Assembly: GCA_964016885.1 (NCBI GenBank)
Contig: OZ024741.1
Span: 57,164,001-57,228,000, forward strand
Source of the DNA: Eledone cirrhosa
Lineage: Eukaryota
Direction: 5' to 3'
Length of the DNA: 64,000 nucleotides
The position numbers and the translations under genes were made by a program. Below the pieces are notes generated by a model that did not search any database, was not told the DNA's origin, and worked only from the letters and a program-made list of their open reading frames with translations. Positions 34,654 to 49,955 of the stretch are shown here, in pieces; within the stretch, counting starts at the first letter, position 1, and every line of letters begins with the position of its first letter.

Positions 34654-37639
34654 GTAAGTTTTACATTTTGCGTCTCATTTTTTTTGTGTCTTTTTATTTA
34701 CGAAAATGTTATTTATGTATACGAATATGTCTTTTTCTTTTGTAAAATATAGATAAGCTGTTATGATATATCGGACGAACTACGTAATTGTTTTAAACTA
34801 CATAGTCCGATATTCCATTCCCTACTTTTTTTTCAGTAGGGTAGTATGATTTAAGGGGAATTGGGACTATGGCTCAGACATGTCGTGCGACCACGTAGAG
34901 GCCTCTTCGTTGGTTCAAGGATTAAAATAAGCCGATGTAGATTATGATTAAGTTGAACGTGCTGTCTTCCCAGTTTCTCTTACGAGGGGTGATTAACACC
35001 ACTTTATATATATATTATATATCGCGTCCATGTTTACCCTATAGGTATTCGTTATACTACACACATTTAATGTCGCGTTGTGTTTATAGCTGGTGTATAC
35101 ATGACCATAAATATATACGTTTACAGCCACATGTTTGCTTTTTACCTATATATATATATATATAACAAATTGGGATGATAGAAATAAGTTCTTACATAGT
35201 TTAATCCTTAGATAATTCTTAATATCGAAACTATTGTAAGGATTAAACAATGTAAGAACTTATTTCTGTCATCCTAATTTATTTTAGATGTTCTGTGTTA
35301 AAATTTCGACATTTCTTCTACCCTTTGAAAGTCCCCTCATATTTCTTTCTGTATAAATTACATTGAGCTTAACTCTTTAAATCACAATTTCTCTTCAAGT
35401 AACTATATGGGTGGGTATGTGAATCTAAATACCTCTATGTTTACGTATTTGATACAACCTTATAGTGACTTCTTACTTGTATTTATTTATATATATAATA
35501 TAGTGTGTGTGCATGGGTAGAACATTTTCAAAACAGTTTGACTGCAAAAATGAAAGTAATAGTAAAAAAAAAAAAAAGAATACTTCTGCACATAAGTTTT
35601 CGATAGAAAAATTTATAGAAATAGTTTGTTTCTTCAGGCATTCGCATATCCATGTGCAAATTATACGTGAAGATACAAACACACACATCACGTTATTGAT
35701 GGGTATACTGTCATGGACAGCTTCTTTTTAAGCTGCTACGATGTATATATGCTTTAAACATACAACTTTAAAATATTACAGTAAAGCGTCTATACGAAAA
35801 AAACACAATAATAACCCCCTATTACACGTGTATATTATTGATATATATATAGACGGACGGCATAAACACATAAGTATATATATATACGAAATACTTTTTT
35901 TGTAAACGTTTACATGAAAAATTAATACTTTGAATTACAGAAGTATTTATTTTGGTCAGACTTATCTCGGACTTTACGTACAAAAAGTTCGAGAAACTCG
36001 TTGAGTATTTTAATTGTTGACACGTCTCTACATAAACTTTATCATCAGCATTTTTCATACATGTACTAAGGGCAAATTCCTAATTCCGTTCGATAAAAAG
36101 GTAATCCGTTATGTTATCCCCCCCCCCCTTTTTTGTATATAGTAGGAAACTAATATACAGTATATATTTGTTTAGAGAGGTAGGTGTTAATTTGAGGGAA
36201 ATTTGAACGATATTTCTACATAGAACGCTTTCTTGTTTGCTCATGATAGTATACAGCGTAACGGGAGAAACCAGAGAACTAATGTCTACCAGTAAATAGT
36301 GGTACAAAACTCAGCACGGAGTTAGAACGTTGTTGCTCATATTTTGAACGAATAAACACTAACATGTATTAAGTATTCTTTCTTCTCTTTACACACTGGC
36401 TCTCTCTCTCTACAGCTATGTTGTGTGAATTTTTTTAATTGAAAAGAAATCTATTCAAACAGTTTTTATTTATTTCTACAATACATAATTTTAAAAATTT
36501 AGGAGTGAAATTCCATATTCGTCATTAAAATAGAGGGGCAGGGGGTAGAAGACATTCACATTCATTCATTCAATCACTCACCACAACGTGCGGCGCTGGA
36601 ATTTCCCTGCTAATCATTTTTGAGGTAAGTCAACAACTTGTAGCATTGCCGAGACAAAAACGTTGGAATAACCAACCATCCTTATGGGCACCACCTGATA
36701 CCTCAGTAAGGCGAGCCGCCAAAAATGACAAGAATTTTGTTGTTGGCAGCCCATCTTCCCGAAACATCTTTAATGCCACAGAATTCCTTGTATTTTAAGA
36801 TTTTATTCAGTTCACCTACTAATGCAATGGCCTTCACCTTTACTGCGACATCCAGGATGATTTGGCCTTCAACTTTGTTAAAATAAATTAGCTTTTAAAT
36901 TGAAGTTAATCGGTCTGCAAATTGTAAATACGATGCGTTTTTAATTGTCAATTTTCCCAAATGTATTGTCCTTATTTCAACTGAAATCCTGCCATTTGGT
37001 AGCATAACTACAGTTTAATGCCACCCTGCGATTTCTTCATAATTTTAATATTTTAAAATGAAATTGGCAGAGGTACGTTTTCCGCGATGTAGACGATGAT
37101 TATGTTGATGAATCTTCTTTGCCTACATATTGCTGTGAAGGTTCTGGGGGCAGTCCTCAAGTATGCCTTCAATTACTCTGGTGATCCCAGCCTCCTGAGA
37201 GATTAATCTTCACCTCTGATGCACTTCATGTACATCAGATGTGACTGGATTTAGGAGATCAGCAAAATATAATCTCCACTTCACATGGATGCACCTTTAT
37301 TCAGAGAGGAGAACCCCAAGCAAGTTCCTGTTGGCAGGCATGGAGGGAGACTTATGAAGTTGGCAGATGGTCTGCCAGAATACTTTTTTGGTCTAAAGTC
37401 AGATTCCAGCCTAGCCCGTCTTCCCATGTTTGACGCTTTTATTGTGCCTGCTTCTACTGCAAATGCAAGAAAGTGGACTTGTTTCCAAGTCAAGATTTGT
37501 AAGCTTCCTTTTTTACTTGGATGACATCTTTGGCCTCTTGATGAACCAAGAGGTCCTCCTGTTACCTGATACCACATCTCCAACCTGGATGTCTCGCAAT
37601 GGGACAACCCGTCCTAGTCATGCTAGTATGGAAAATGGG

Positions 37640-37973
37640 CGTTAAACAATGATTATTTGGTACATGATATATTGAAAAGGTTAATTCGTTTTATTGAAAA
37701 TTTGGCATGTCAAGAATTACCATTTATAGGACACAATGAAACAAACGAATCAAACAAGGGTAATTTTCTGGCTACATTTTCTGAATTTTCAAGTGGTTCT
37801 CAAAACAAGATCATTTGTATATCTGCTACAATTGAAGGTGAAATTAAGGCAATGATTGAAAAAACATCATTTGTTGCTGTTATGTATGATGGGGCAGGGA
37901 GGCTCCACAGCCCCACCCTCTGACATGACAATTAGCCTGCATGCCCTGCTTTCCAAATCACCCATTGCCACTG
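37640..37973 (+). mobile_element. hAT transposase remnant (DUF4371/ZMYM1-like) with possible terminal repeat
   Basis: LACQELPFIGHNE...NKGNFL...QNKII...FVAVMYD; ends GCCACTG. Confidence 0.7.
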
Positions 37974-37989
37974 CAGTCCATAACACATT

Positions 37990-38200
37990 CCAATAGCCTA
38001 ATGAGTATCCCCAATCTTACCTGTGTAATCATTTCTGCCATCACACCTAAATAGTGAAGTTTCCATTCAAATCTACAGAGCCATGGAACTTTGTTGAAAA
38101 AACTCTATATCTACCCTGTAGCATCTGACCTCCTTCACTAGTTCTTGTTCCTTACCTATAAGGGTTGTGATGTTCCAGGTTCCAATTGTTAAAGTTTGCT
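37990..38200 (-). mobile_element. LINE APE endonuclease N-terminal fragment
   Basis: LTIGTWNITTL motif on the minus strand near 38160-38192. Confidence 0.55.
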
Positions 38201-38784
38201 ACCTTTCAGACCCTCTTTGGAATCTCTAGATATGCAACCTTGATGCTTCCTTTGGATGGAGACTAATATATTTTTCAAACAAGCCCCCTCTACCTGTATA
38301 CATCCCTTGTTACTCCACATGAATGACGATGCAGTATGAATGCTTTTTTTGCATTTAACAATTCTGCAATGTTTTGATGGTCTTATACATGTCAGTCACT
38401 AATTTAGTACTTTTCTCAGACCCACGAAGACTAGGCTTTTTTAGTGACAACCTTTACTTGCCTCATCATAGCTACATCACTGGGCTGTGAGAGTTTTCTT
38501 GCGACCTAACATTGTCACCCATTGCTCCATCTTCCTCTAGCAGCTTACTGCTGTTGGTCCAGGGTTGCTTATTTGTCCGACAGAAGCCTGCTTGTATCGC
38601 TAATAACTATCATATCTGATGGCCATATAGCTATCTGTCACTTACAAACTGTTCTCTAATAGAACAACTCTGCCGATAATATTGATGAATAATAAAAAAT
38701 AATAATAATAATAATAATTTAAATAATGTTGATGAATAGAAATAACAATAATTTAATACAAATGCTTTCATTTACTGAATACTG

Positions 38785-39800
38785 TGTTGCCAACCCTTTC
38801 ACCTGCCATCCAATCAGCCCTCAAGTCCAAGCTTCACCAGCTCAAAACTCTTATGAGCAGACTGCCCTTGATTGGCATACATCTGCCTCTCTTCTTGCTC
38901 AAGAATTGCTTTGCCATGCTGAAATTTTTGTATACCTTGTTACAGTCATGCATCTCATCTTACAGATCTCGGTGCCTGCACCTGGTATGTTGCAGAGAAG
39001 ATATGCAATATCCAGTTCAATATCGGATATATTGGCCTTGGTCTCCAATCTCCAGTTTTATTGGCACTGTTGGCATTTATTTCATCATTACCCTCCTGTT
39101 GTGCCCTTGTCGACAAGGTTCTTAACAATACATTACAGCTTACTATGACTAGAAAACTCGTAGTGGCCTACAAGATTTGGAGCCAACTCTGCCTTCATTC
39201 TGTGAATGCCCATTTTCCCCAACATAAATGAGACAATCCAATGCAGCAAAGCTTCTGACAGCCTTGTGCACCTGCTTGACCAACACTTTCTGGCATGTTT
39301 CTATTCTGCTTCCCAACCCTATATTGTGCCTGGATAATTGACATACCCTCGCTGTCAACCAGTACTCAGCTGGACAGCGACTATCTATACACCAGTGTTT
39401 CCCTGAGGCTCAGCCTCCAGATCTGTGAGTAACACAATTGTTGCTGTAGATCCTCAGTGAACACTTCCAGTCATCAGCCTCCCATACTTTTGCAGTGCTT
39501 TTTGCCTGCCATGCCACTCGCAACAAGAGCATTAAGCATGGCTTGGATGCTGCAGGTTTCCCATCACAGCTGGAACAGGTGAGGTTAGATGAAGGGGACA
39601 GAAAAAGGCCAAATGTCATCACAATCTTCCCATTCTTTGGCGGTAAGCCCTTCATATGGGTCACAACAAGTAGTGAAACATTCTCTAGCTGCAACCTGGT
39701 GAGTTCAGCGATAGTCAGGCTTTGTTGCCTCACAAGCTGTTCAAGTGTTGTGTTTGCAATAGACTTCTTGGACCTATAGTGGTGGAAACATCTGGCAGAG
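38785..39800 (+). mobile_element. Decayed CRE-clade element
   Basis: LFLLKNCFAMLKFLYTL; [15 protein letters not shown]...KRPNVITIFPF.GGKP; homolog of 24705-26050. Confidence 0.8.
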
Positions 39801-41156
39801 CCTTTCACCTCTCCATTTCTGAACACAGCTAATTTCTTCCAGAGGAGAAATAGTGAGGAAGAAACTATCCTAGTACTGAATTGGTACTTTTTTTATCAAC
39901 TTGAAAGGATGAAAGGCAAAGTTGACTTCAGTGGGATTTGAACTAAGAGAGAGCAGAGAGTCAGAACAAATACTGCAAAGCATTTTGATGTTCTAATGAC
40001 TTTGTCAATTTGCTGCCTTTGGTGAAATAGATCTATTATCAATGGCATTCGAGCTGTGATCATTCTAGCTTTTTTTTTGTGTGTGTGTGTAATAGTGTAT
40101 GTATTCAGGACTATATCATCCTTTCTTTGTATATATCTCCTTATCTCCTTTTTTTATGGACAGTAGAATGATTTGAGGTAGATGTGGCTCCCATTTTCTT
40201 GCTGGTTGAACAACTATACTGAGCAAGGGCATGTTGAAAGTGCATCAGCTGTGGGGCCACATCTGTGCATTTTATGTTTTTCATGTCAGTATGGGTTGTT
40301 ACAGTCCTGTTATTCTACTAGATGAGTTAGTCCATATCTCATTCAGTATGTTCCACTCTTGACATGGTTTCTGTGGCTAGATGCCTTTCCTAATGCCAAG
40401 CACTTTACAGAGTGTATTTGGTGCATTTCACTGTGGTACCAATACACAAGATTGACATGGCTATAGAGCTTACGCAACCCTTTGGCATGCCTGTTTTAAT
40501 GTCAACCACTTTACAAAGTATACTGGGTGCATCTATTATGGCATCAGCACTATGAATTTATAAGTATGTAACTTGCATTAAATTAGTTTTGGTCTTAAGA
40601 GTGAAGTTTTTTTTTTTCTTTTCATATGAGTTTTTAGGAAACAGTCTCTACACCCAAAGACTAGGCAGTATATTTTAGCTGTGCTCTGGATAAAATGGAG
40701 GAAAAAATCTGGTGGAGTTTGTTCATTAGTATGGTGTTTGTCATATTGCTACAATAAGTTTGCATTCCAATCACAAGGTCCAGTGTTCTAACCCTACATT
40801 TGCCCCTGTAAATAGTTATTTTTCCAAAGTTACTCATGCATTTAATTCTCTGTCGTTTGTACATATTTGCTGAACATTCATATAATTATATCCTAAAAAT
40901 AAATTATTAGAATATCATTTTTATTTTTAATCACTTCCATGTCGGAAATCAGTCTAAACTACAGGGTTTCTCTTATGCCAACCGTTAATTTATCAAGATG
41001 CAAATTTCCTAGTTTGTCTGATTGTTCACATATCCAGTAATTCTAGTATATATGGCATACCAATCCTGGTCTCCAAAATGTTATACATTTGATGCTAGCT
41101 TTGCAGCATATATTTATAACCCTTTACGTTCTGAGTTCAAATCCTGCCTTTCATCC

Positions 41157-41462
41157 TTATCATCATTTTACGTCCGCTTTTCCTTGCTTGCAAGGGTGGG
41201 ACGGGAACTGATTCTGGCTTGATTTCTACAGCTGGATGCCCTTTCTAACACCAACCTCATTTACAGTGAGTGCTGGGTGCTTTTTTTGCCGTGGCACCTC
41301 CACGACCACTTTGCAGTGAGATGATAGGGACTGGGGTCCCTATCATCTCATTTCTACAACTGAGTAAACTGGAGCAATGTGAAATAAAGTGTCTTGTTCA
41401 AGGAAACAACACATCACCCGGTCTGAGAATTGAACTCACAACCTTTCGATTGCAAGGCCAAT
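41157..41462 (-). mobile_element. SINE family B inserted into a family A SINE
   Basis: Reverse complement of 22549-22853; family A halves at 41125-41157 and 41465-41537. Confidence 0.8.
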
Positions 41463-41904
41463 GAGTTGATAAAATAAAGCACCAGTAATGCACTGGGGGT
41501 TATTGCTGGCCTTGTGTCATAAGTAGAAACAATTATTAGTGATACTGGGCCACTGGTTTAAAGATACCTTATATACCCAAATACGATGGTAAAATAAGGT
41601 CATCAATAGTTTGACAATTTTCACCAACTTTAAATTCTAAGTAAATAAGGTGCTAAAATATCTGGAGTGATTATTTTACAATGAAACACCATTTTCAACA
41701 TTGATGTTATTTATGCATTCCCTTGAAAATATTTCCCACAAATTTTTATAATTTGAACTTTTTCATACACACATGCACACATATTTTTTTCTCTGACAAT
41801 ACTTTTTCTTTCAATCTTCTGATTTGATTTTATTGCTCTCACCCTCTCTCCCTTCTCACTCTGCCTTCCCTCACTCTCACTTGTTGTCTCTCCCTCTCTT
41901 CAAC

Positions 41905-43075
41905 TCTATGTAGATGTGACAAGGATGACAGAGATTACACCTTATCGACACATACCTGGGGCTCTTCCTCCTGAGGAACTGCTTTGCTCTCCCCAAATTC
42001 TTCACACTATGCGGTGCACCTTGCCACCCTCTAGTGACAGAATCATCGAACTTGATGCCACCATCTGTTGCTGTGTTGAACTCATTTACAATGTTTGCTT
42101 TGACCATGCCAGCTGACAACAGATGAAACTCCATGGGATAGTTGGTGACCTCAGCCTCCGATCCACTCTTCACTTGGCAGTGCAAGCCTTACTATCCTCA
42201 ATCTCCTCCAGCTGCACTCTCATCAGTCATATTCTCTGCAAGATGACTCAACCTTAGGTGGCCTGGGAGCTGGAGTCAGTTCTGGCTTATTGGACTATAG
42301 AAGGCCTTGCCATCCACCAGAATATATTAACTGGGATGACATCAAGTGCAAGACTTCTTTCAGGTGAATTGAGATTTCCTCTGGCCCACACTATCTTGCC
42401 TAACTATACTCACTTTCGCAACTAATTAATGGCACTTGGCTCAATTTGGTGCTTTCTCAACCAGTACCCTTCATCATGGTGAGTGTATTGGAGTGGCACA
42501 GCACCTCGGCTTCCACATGAGTGAGCCATGTAGATGCCATTATAGAGCAGTTGTTGATGAGTCCAGTGCACCTGTTATTTTGCTGCCTTAGTACAAACCA
42601 GCTCCCCCATCATGCTGCTCTGAATGATATCAGAAGGAACCTCGATGCAGCCAGTTTCCCATCACAATTGGAGCCTGCAATGGCAAGCACCCTAACAGAT
42701 TAACACTCTTCCCTTTTGAGTGGGGGGGGAATCCTTAATTTAGGATGCAACGTGCTGCAACTTATTCTGTCTGCCTCCAACCTTGTTACTTCTTCACAAA
42801 CCCAGGCTCCACTGCCCGCAATGCAGAGGAGAGGAAGATAGTTAAATACTGGAGCCTGACTGAACACTTCCTCTTTATACTGGTCTTTGTTGAGACCTCT
42901 GGTGTCCTTGGTCCCTACACTGCCGATTTCCCTGTAAAATTGGAAAGGTGACAGCCCACTTGAGGAGGGAACTTCATGAGGTACAGAGGCTGTTGTAGCG
43001 GGTATCTCTGGCCATTCTCCACTGTCACACCTTTGCCATATTGTCTGTGGGGCACAGCTGAAGCACTTGTCAGAC
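41905..43075 (+). mobile_element. Decayed CRE-clade element
   Basis: HAALNDIRRNLDAASFPSQLEP; KIVKY.SL.....VETSGVLGP. Confidence 0.78.
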
Positions 43076-43607
43076 TGGGGTCTAGTGTTTCTTCTCCCTT
43101 TCTTTCGTTGCTTGATTCTTTTTTTTCCTTTTTTTTTTTTTTTGTTCCCTTTAATAGTGTATTTTGTTTTTGTATAAACAGCTTTGTAAAATAAACACAA
43201 ATGTTATCTAGTTCTTTTATTCAATCTTTTGCTTTCAAAGTACTAGCATGTGAGTGACCTGAAGTAAACACTCATTCAAGAAACCTGTTGAAACTTAACA
43301 TAATGCAAATTCATTACATTATGGAGTTGTGAAAAAAAACTATGCTCTAAATGACACTTTTTTAAAAATCAAAATATTAAAACTTCATAAATATAATTTA
43401 TGCTCAGAATTTCAAAACCACACCATTTAAACATGTTGATTAGCTGTCTCAACTTATAAATTAGGTTTGGATTTTTGCCTATTTTCAAACATAAAATAGT
43501 GGTGGGGGTCAGCTTATATTCAAGTATATAGATGCACCCTGCTATATACTGCCTTATGGTGCTCACTTCATCTCCCACGTTTCCTTGTGGTTGATTAGAT
43601 GATATAC

Positions 43608-43656
43608 ACGTCTTCTGATGAGAGTCCAATAAAGTCTGAAAATCGATTAAAGATGT
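43608..43656 (+). ncRNA. Minimal type I hammerhead motif, intronic
   Basis: ACGTCTT-CTGATGA-weak stem II-GAAA-atcgat-TA^AAGATGT. Confidence 0.65.
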
Positions 43657-43789
43657 TTATCATTTTTTCAATTTACAGGGATATTCATATTTTCTGACAT
43701 GTACACCCCAATCCACTACCCCTACCCTATCCTTCCACTCCCACCAACACCACCCTCTCTCTCTGTAAAGTTGGTACCACAACATCCAG

Positions 43790-44054
43790 TCCAAATAAAT
43801 GAGATGAGATCGTGTAGGTGTCGCAACAAAAAAAACAGTCCACGCTGTAATGTGGTAACACGGTAACACGGTAAAAAGTTCCCAGTTCCACACTGTAAAT
43901 GTGGTTGGTGTTAGGAAGGGCATCCAGCCGTAGAAAACCTGCCAGATAGTCCTATATGAGCGAGACACTGTCACCCGACCAACCTTGCCTCAAGTGGGAC
44001 AACTCCCGTCTAACCCATGCTAGCGTGGAAGATGGACGTTAAACGATGATGATG
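43790..44054 (+). mobile_element. SINE/RTE-tail repeat; near-identical copy at 49495-49755
   Basis: Shared GGTGTTAGGAAGGGCATCCAGC and CCATGCTAGCGTGGAA...(GAT)n end. Confidence 0.8.
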
Positions 44055-44138
44055 TGTATATCTTTATACACATTAGTGCAGTCTCAGTTTATTTATACAG
44101 ATATAACTTTCATACACTTTGGCTGCTAGTACACTTCT

Positions 44139-44174
<36 letters not shown>

Positions 44175-47100
44175 CACATACACACACACACTTGCGATTC
44201 ATTTAGTATATACCTACTAAACATAACAACTTTGCCAACCCACACATAACACTGATATATATATATATGCTAATATATACCACTAGTATATACACATGAT
44301 ATGGAGTCACAATATTAACATTACATTACCTCACATTCCTACATATTCCTTTTAACAAACTACTAACACCATAGTGTTGTTAATATTACATTTGTATGTG
44401 TGAACCTGTAAGTCCTGATGGAGGTGTAGAGGTGTCATAGTAACATACTGCATGTTTACTGAACATGGAGAGGACCATCCTTTCTCTAGATTTGAACATA
44501 GTTGATTTCTTCCAGAGAAGGAGAGAGAAGAATCAACACAAGACTGGTACTTTTTTTTATAGACCTCAAAAGAATGAAAGGAGGGTTTTGAAATCAGAGC
44601 GCAGAGAACTGGAACGAATACCATGAAGCATTCTTTCTCATGTTCTAAAGACTCTGCCAGTTCACTACTTCTAATATTACATTTACATACATAGATATAT
44701 ACTCTCTTTTGCTTCACATACCTACACATTCCTTGAACAAGCAATTAATACCACATTGTTAACATTTTACACACACGCATACATACTCTGCTGCTTCACA
44801 TTCCTTGAACAAACTGCTAATTCATATGGAATGTAGACGTTTTTTAGTTTAGTTGGCATTCTCTCACTGTCTCTGTCTAACTTTTCTAGTGGTTATGAAG
44901 GATAGATATAATACAATGGTGTCAATTTGACTAATCAGGAGGCTGTAGTTTGTCTTCTGTGTTTTTCTTTTTTCTTTTATGAGAAATTGGTGGCTTGGCT
45001 GTGGTTATAATTTTTTTTCATTGTTATATTGTCATTCTGATATCCTTTTAATAGAGTGGAAGTGGAAATTTTGTGAAGTCTGTAATTCCCAGAATGAGTA
45101 CAACTTGGGGGCACTGAGAGACACAAGGGGTCATGAGTATCTGGGTTTGATTCCAATGTATAACCTCTTGAAAACATGTCGCATAGTGGTTAGGGTGCTG
45201 GGCTCCTGTTCATGAGGTTGTGAGTATGCTTCCTAGATGGAGTGGTGCGTTATACACTTGCTTTGTACTTTGGAAGGCAAGGGATCATGAGAAGTAAAAG
45301 GGTAAAGATAGTGGGTGTTGTGTAAAATGCTTTTATTGAAATTAAAAAAACATTTTTAATGAAATTTTCAATGTATAATTTTTTATCAACCTAACAATGG
45401 TGCTGATGAAATATATTCTCTAAAAGGGGGCAGTAGTAAAAAAACGTTTGGGAAACTGTCTCAAGCCTTATAAGGCTAGAAATCATCTCGGTTTCTATGC
45501 CGTTAACTGAGAGTACAAGACTCGCTCTCTTAGAAAGTATGCCTATGTGTCGCAGTTAACCTTCAGCTGTTGCGAGTACTCATTTCTTTTCTGATGAGTG
45601 GACTGGGGCAACATGAAATGAAGTGTCTTACTCAAAGATACAATACACACCACCCAGTCTGTGAAACAAATGTGAGCCAAATACCCTACCCACTAGGCCA
45701 TGGCCCTTCACATTAGTGACATCACTGAAATGAAATTCATGCTTCAACTAGAAACCAAAGGTGGGTTTACAAGACTTTGTTCTCATCAGTAGCTAATCCC
45801 TATATGCTATGTCCCTTTGTGAATACAGCATGGCTGAATGGTTAAGTTCATATTACAGTCATGATCCCAATGTAAAACCACTTGAAAGTGGGTTGCATCG
45901 TGGTTAAGGTGCTGGGCACACGATTGTAATGTTATAAGTTCAATTCTTAGATGGGATGGCATGTTGTGTCCTTAAGCAAGACAATTTCTTTCAAATTGTT
46001 GCAGTTAACTCGGCTAGCAAATATGAGTTGTACCTGTAAATTGAATATTGAATATCCGAGAACTGCGTTAAGGGTCTATGTGCCTGTGGAATGTTTGGTT
46101 GCTTACATGTTAATTTTATGAGCAGTTTTGTTGATGGAATTAATTGGAACACACGCTGGAAACGATGGAGGACCAACAACATAACATCTTGAACAAATAT
46201 CTTTTACAAAAGCCTTGTGAGTGAAATTTGGTAGATAGAAACCCGTTTGAAAGGCTATCAGATAGACTTGTCACACACCATATTTTGCTGAATATCTCTT
46301 TCATTAACATTTTTAATGAAAAACACTGAGGATTTTCATTTAATTTTTTAAATAAGTATTTGGACGGATTTAGTAAAATTGCTTTCTTTATTAAGTTATT
46401 TGGAGCATACCTTTTACCATAATTTTATTTAAGACCCTTTTTGTGTTCCAATTACCTGTTTAATAATAAGAAAGCCTGTTATATTACTAAAGCCATCCAA
46501 ATTCTTGATTAGTTTCAAAATGATTTGAAAATAATAGGCAATGTGTTTCATTTAAGATAGTTTGATAGTTTACATAGTTGTGTTGACATACATAATAGAG
46601 AACTAAAGTAGTTGCTCTGAAATGTATTTAGTTCATTGTGTCATGGTATTTTGACTTATCCTTTGTTTTCTATGCCTTTAAGGCAAATAACAAAAGTTAA
46701 TTGTATTGATATTACTCTAGTTAAAATCCATCTTCATGAAAGAAAAATACTTGTTTAGTAAAAGGCAGTAAATTGTAGTTGTTAGACTGTTGGATTAAAT
46801 GCTTTGATATATATTGATATATATTCCAAGTTCAAATCCTGTTGAGGTAATCTTTGCCTTTCATCCTTTTGGGGTCAATCAATACCATACCAGTCAGGCC
46901 CATTCCAGGAATGGTGGATAGACAGAATTGTTAAAAATTCAGTTGGGCTGTTTTGTGTTCTCTGATTTGGATCTGTGCATTGAGCTCAAATTCTGCCTTC
47001 TCCTGGCAGATAGTTTCAGCAATAGAAACATAGTTTCCTTGGTCTAATCTGCTTATTGGCTTCTTTCTTTTCCTGAGTAAAAGGAAAACCTTATACTATC

Positions 47101-49955
47101 AATGCAAGCGTGAAAAAGCTCCCAGTACATGCTATGGAGTGGTTTGTATTAGTAAGCGCATCCAGCCATAAAAAAAAAACATAAGTAAGATATGGTCACC
47201 TGACCTGTCTGACCTCATAGTATGACAACCCATCTTACCCATGCAAGTATGGAAAATAGACATTAAAAGATGATGATGAACATTCCAAACACAGAAAATG
47301 ACATGTAATAGCAGTTGATCACTATAAATAATAGAGAAAATTGGGTAAAATGCACTTAGAGACAGAAAAAAGTGGACAAAAGTGCCTACCAAGAATCGAA
47401 CTCCATATCTCTTGAATATTTTATTTAGCTAGAAAATAATAAATGGATATTAAAATTGCATTTATTTAAATTAGCACTGTCTTGATAATGTAGCCCAAAA
47501 CACTACACAGCTGGTATACCATTAGTCTAAAAATGTAGCACTTTTCTTGACCTTCAAATGAGTTATGTGAATCGCGTCCTATTATTACCAAATCCCGCCG
47601 AGGTTAACTTTGCCTTTCATCCTTCCGGGGTTGATAGAATAAAGTACCAGTAATGCATTGGGTAATTGCTGGCCTTGTGCCAAAAGTAGAAACAATTATT
47701 ACCAGACATTGTTTATGGAGTGCTTGTGCCAGGTTTTTTTTATATATTTAGCCTATTTTTAAAGTAATTTCCAGGAGATTTTTATGAGAATGAATGATAC
47801 AGATGTTAACAGTAGTGATGATCATAATATTGACAATTTTGATAGTTTGGGTGATTCTGGAGGATGGTAACCAGTGCAAGAAGTGAGAACATTACCATTT
47901 GTTTAGATGATCATTAATATGCAAATAAGAAAAATTAGCATAATTGATTAAATTTTAACTGGTTCTGTTAGTTGCAATGTCTTGCCTCATTTGCAAGTCT
48001 TACAAAAATCTGTTTTATAGTACCTCTGAGTGATATTCATTTGAGTCTCACTGTTTTTCTGTTGTCTTTGACAATTACTCTATTTTGTTTTTCATCATCA
48101 CCGTTTATCTGTTTCCCATGCTTACATTGGTTAGACGGGTTGTCACGTACTGAGACTAATCTTGTCAGGTGACCACGTCTTTCTTCTATGCCCTGTTTTT
48201 CATATAGTTTCTATGATTGGATGCCCTTTTTGCCAGCATGTGCTAGGTGCATTTTATCACGCCTTTGATTCTACGATTCATATTTAAATTAAGGGTTGAG
48301 AGGATTCTTCACACACAGTTTATGCTCAAATTTAAGTGACTGAACATACCATATGAGCCAGTGCAGAACTGATCAAAATGTTACACTTAGTATGGTATTG
48401 TTTGAAAACACTTTTTATCAAAATAGAATCCATTTTCGTACATATCTAGGGCTGGAATTTTACTCTCTTTTCTTATTTCACTGTCACAACATTGCTGATA
48501 ACAACTATAGTGATAGCTGACTTTGGTCAGGGCCAGTACCAAGGTATTTAGCACCCTACAATGGGCACACTCCCCTTCCAGTTATGCACCATTTTCCCAA
48601 ATAAAATAATTTAAATTTACAGTTTAGCAAGCTGATACTCTGACCACACTAAAAAAATTACTAAGCTTGCATTTGTAAATTCCTAGCAGAATACAGCCCT
48701 GTCTATCATGTTTGATATTTCCACAAAGCCACTATGTGGCAAAGAGGTTTAGTGATTTATTTACTAATTATAGGAAATTGTTATATATTTAATTAATTAC
48801 ATAAAAGTTTTAAATAATTATATTAAAGTTGAGTAATGTGTATCTCTTGAGGTCTGTGTCCTAGTTAGTCTCAATGGTATTGCCAACCCTAGTTTTGGCA
48901 CGTTGGCTGTGCAACAATGTATGATTCTACATCACGAAAATCAATTTCCATCTTTGTTTTGGTCTTGGTGACATTTTCACTATCTTTGGAATTGAATTTG
49001 AGTCACATTGTTGTGTAAACAAATTGTTTCCAGCTGTCATTATGAAATGTAATAAAATTATCACTAAAGAAAAGACATTCATTACATTTAAAAAATCCAA
49101 TGAAATTTGGAAACTAAGCATATAAATGACATATGCCCTATAGCGTAATTTGCAGATGCAGTGAAATTGTAACAAACCTTTTATGCATTTCTAAATGGTT
49201 AACATGACTCTTCTACAATGTAATTATCTTTCTCTTTCTATCTGAATATCAGTATTTTATATCCATTTTTCCATTTTGTAATGGGTTGGACTAATATATA
49301 ATCATTATTTAATGTTTATTTTCCCTGCTAGTTGAATGGGTCTTCACAGACCATGTCTTTACGTATGTGGTGCTACTGGCCTCTTAGATGGGCTAGGGGC
49401 CTGCATCTTACTTACATACATTCCTGCTCTCTATCAAGTACATTTGATCATGGTACAAGCACTAAGGAGGTTGCTATGTCTTTGATACAGCTGAAGAGAT
49501 CGAGATCGTGTAGGTGTCACGAGAAAAAAACACACAGTCCACGCTGTAATGTGGCCGTGTAGGTAACAGGGTAAAAAGTTCCCAGTTCCACACTGTAAAT
49601 GTGGTTGGTGTTAGGAAGGGCATCCAGCCGTAGAAAACCTGCCAGATAGTCCTATATGAGCGAGACACGGTCACCCAACCAACCTTGCCTCAAGTAGGAC
49701 AACTCCCGTCTAACCCATGCTAGTGTGGAAAGTGGACGTTAAACGAAGATGATGAAGAGTTCTCAACTCTTTGGCAAACTTTCTATAGCTGGATACTCTT
49801 CTTATCATTAACTACTTTACACTGTACTGGGTGCGTTAATTGTGTAGGTCACCAATGCTAGTAGAGCATTTGTCATGCTGTTGACAACTGAGAAGGAAGA
49901 ACAGATTATTTACACAGTTTATATTCAGAGAGAGTAACGTCCCACAAAAGTCTAG

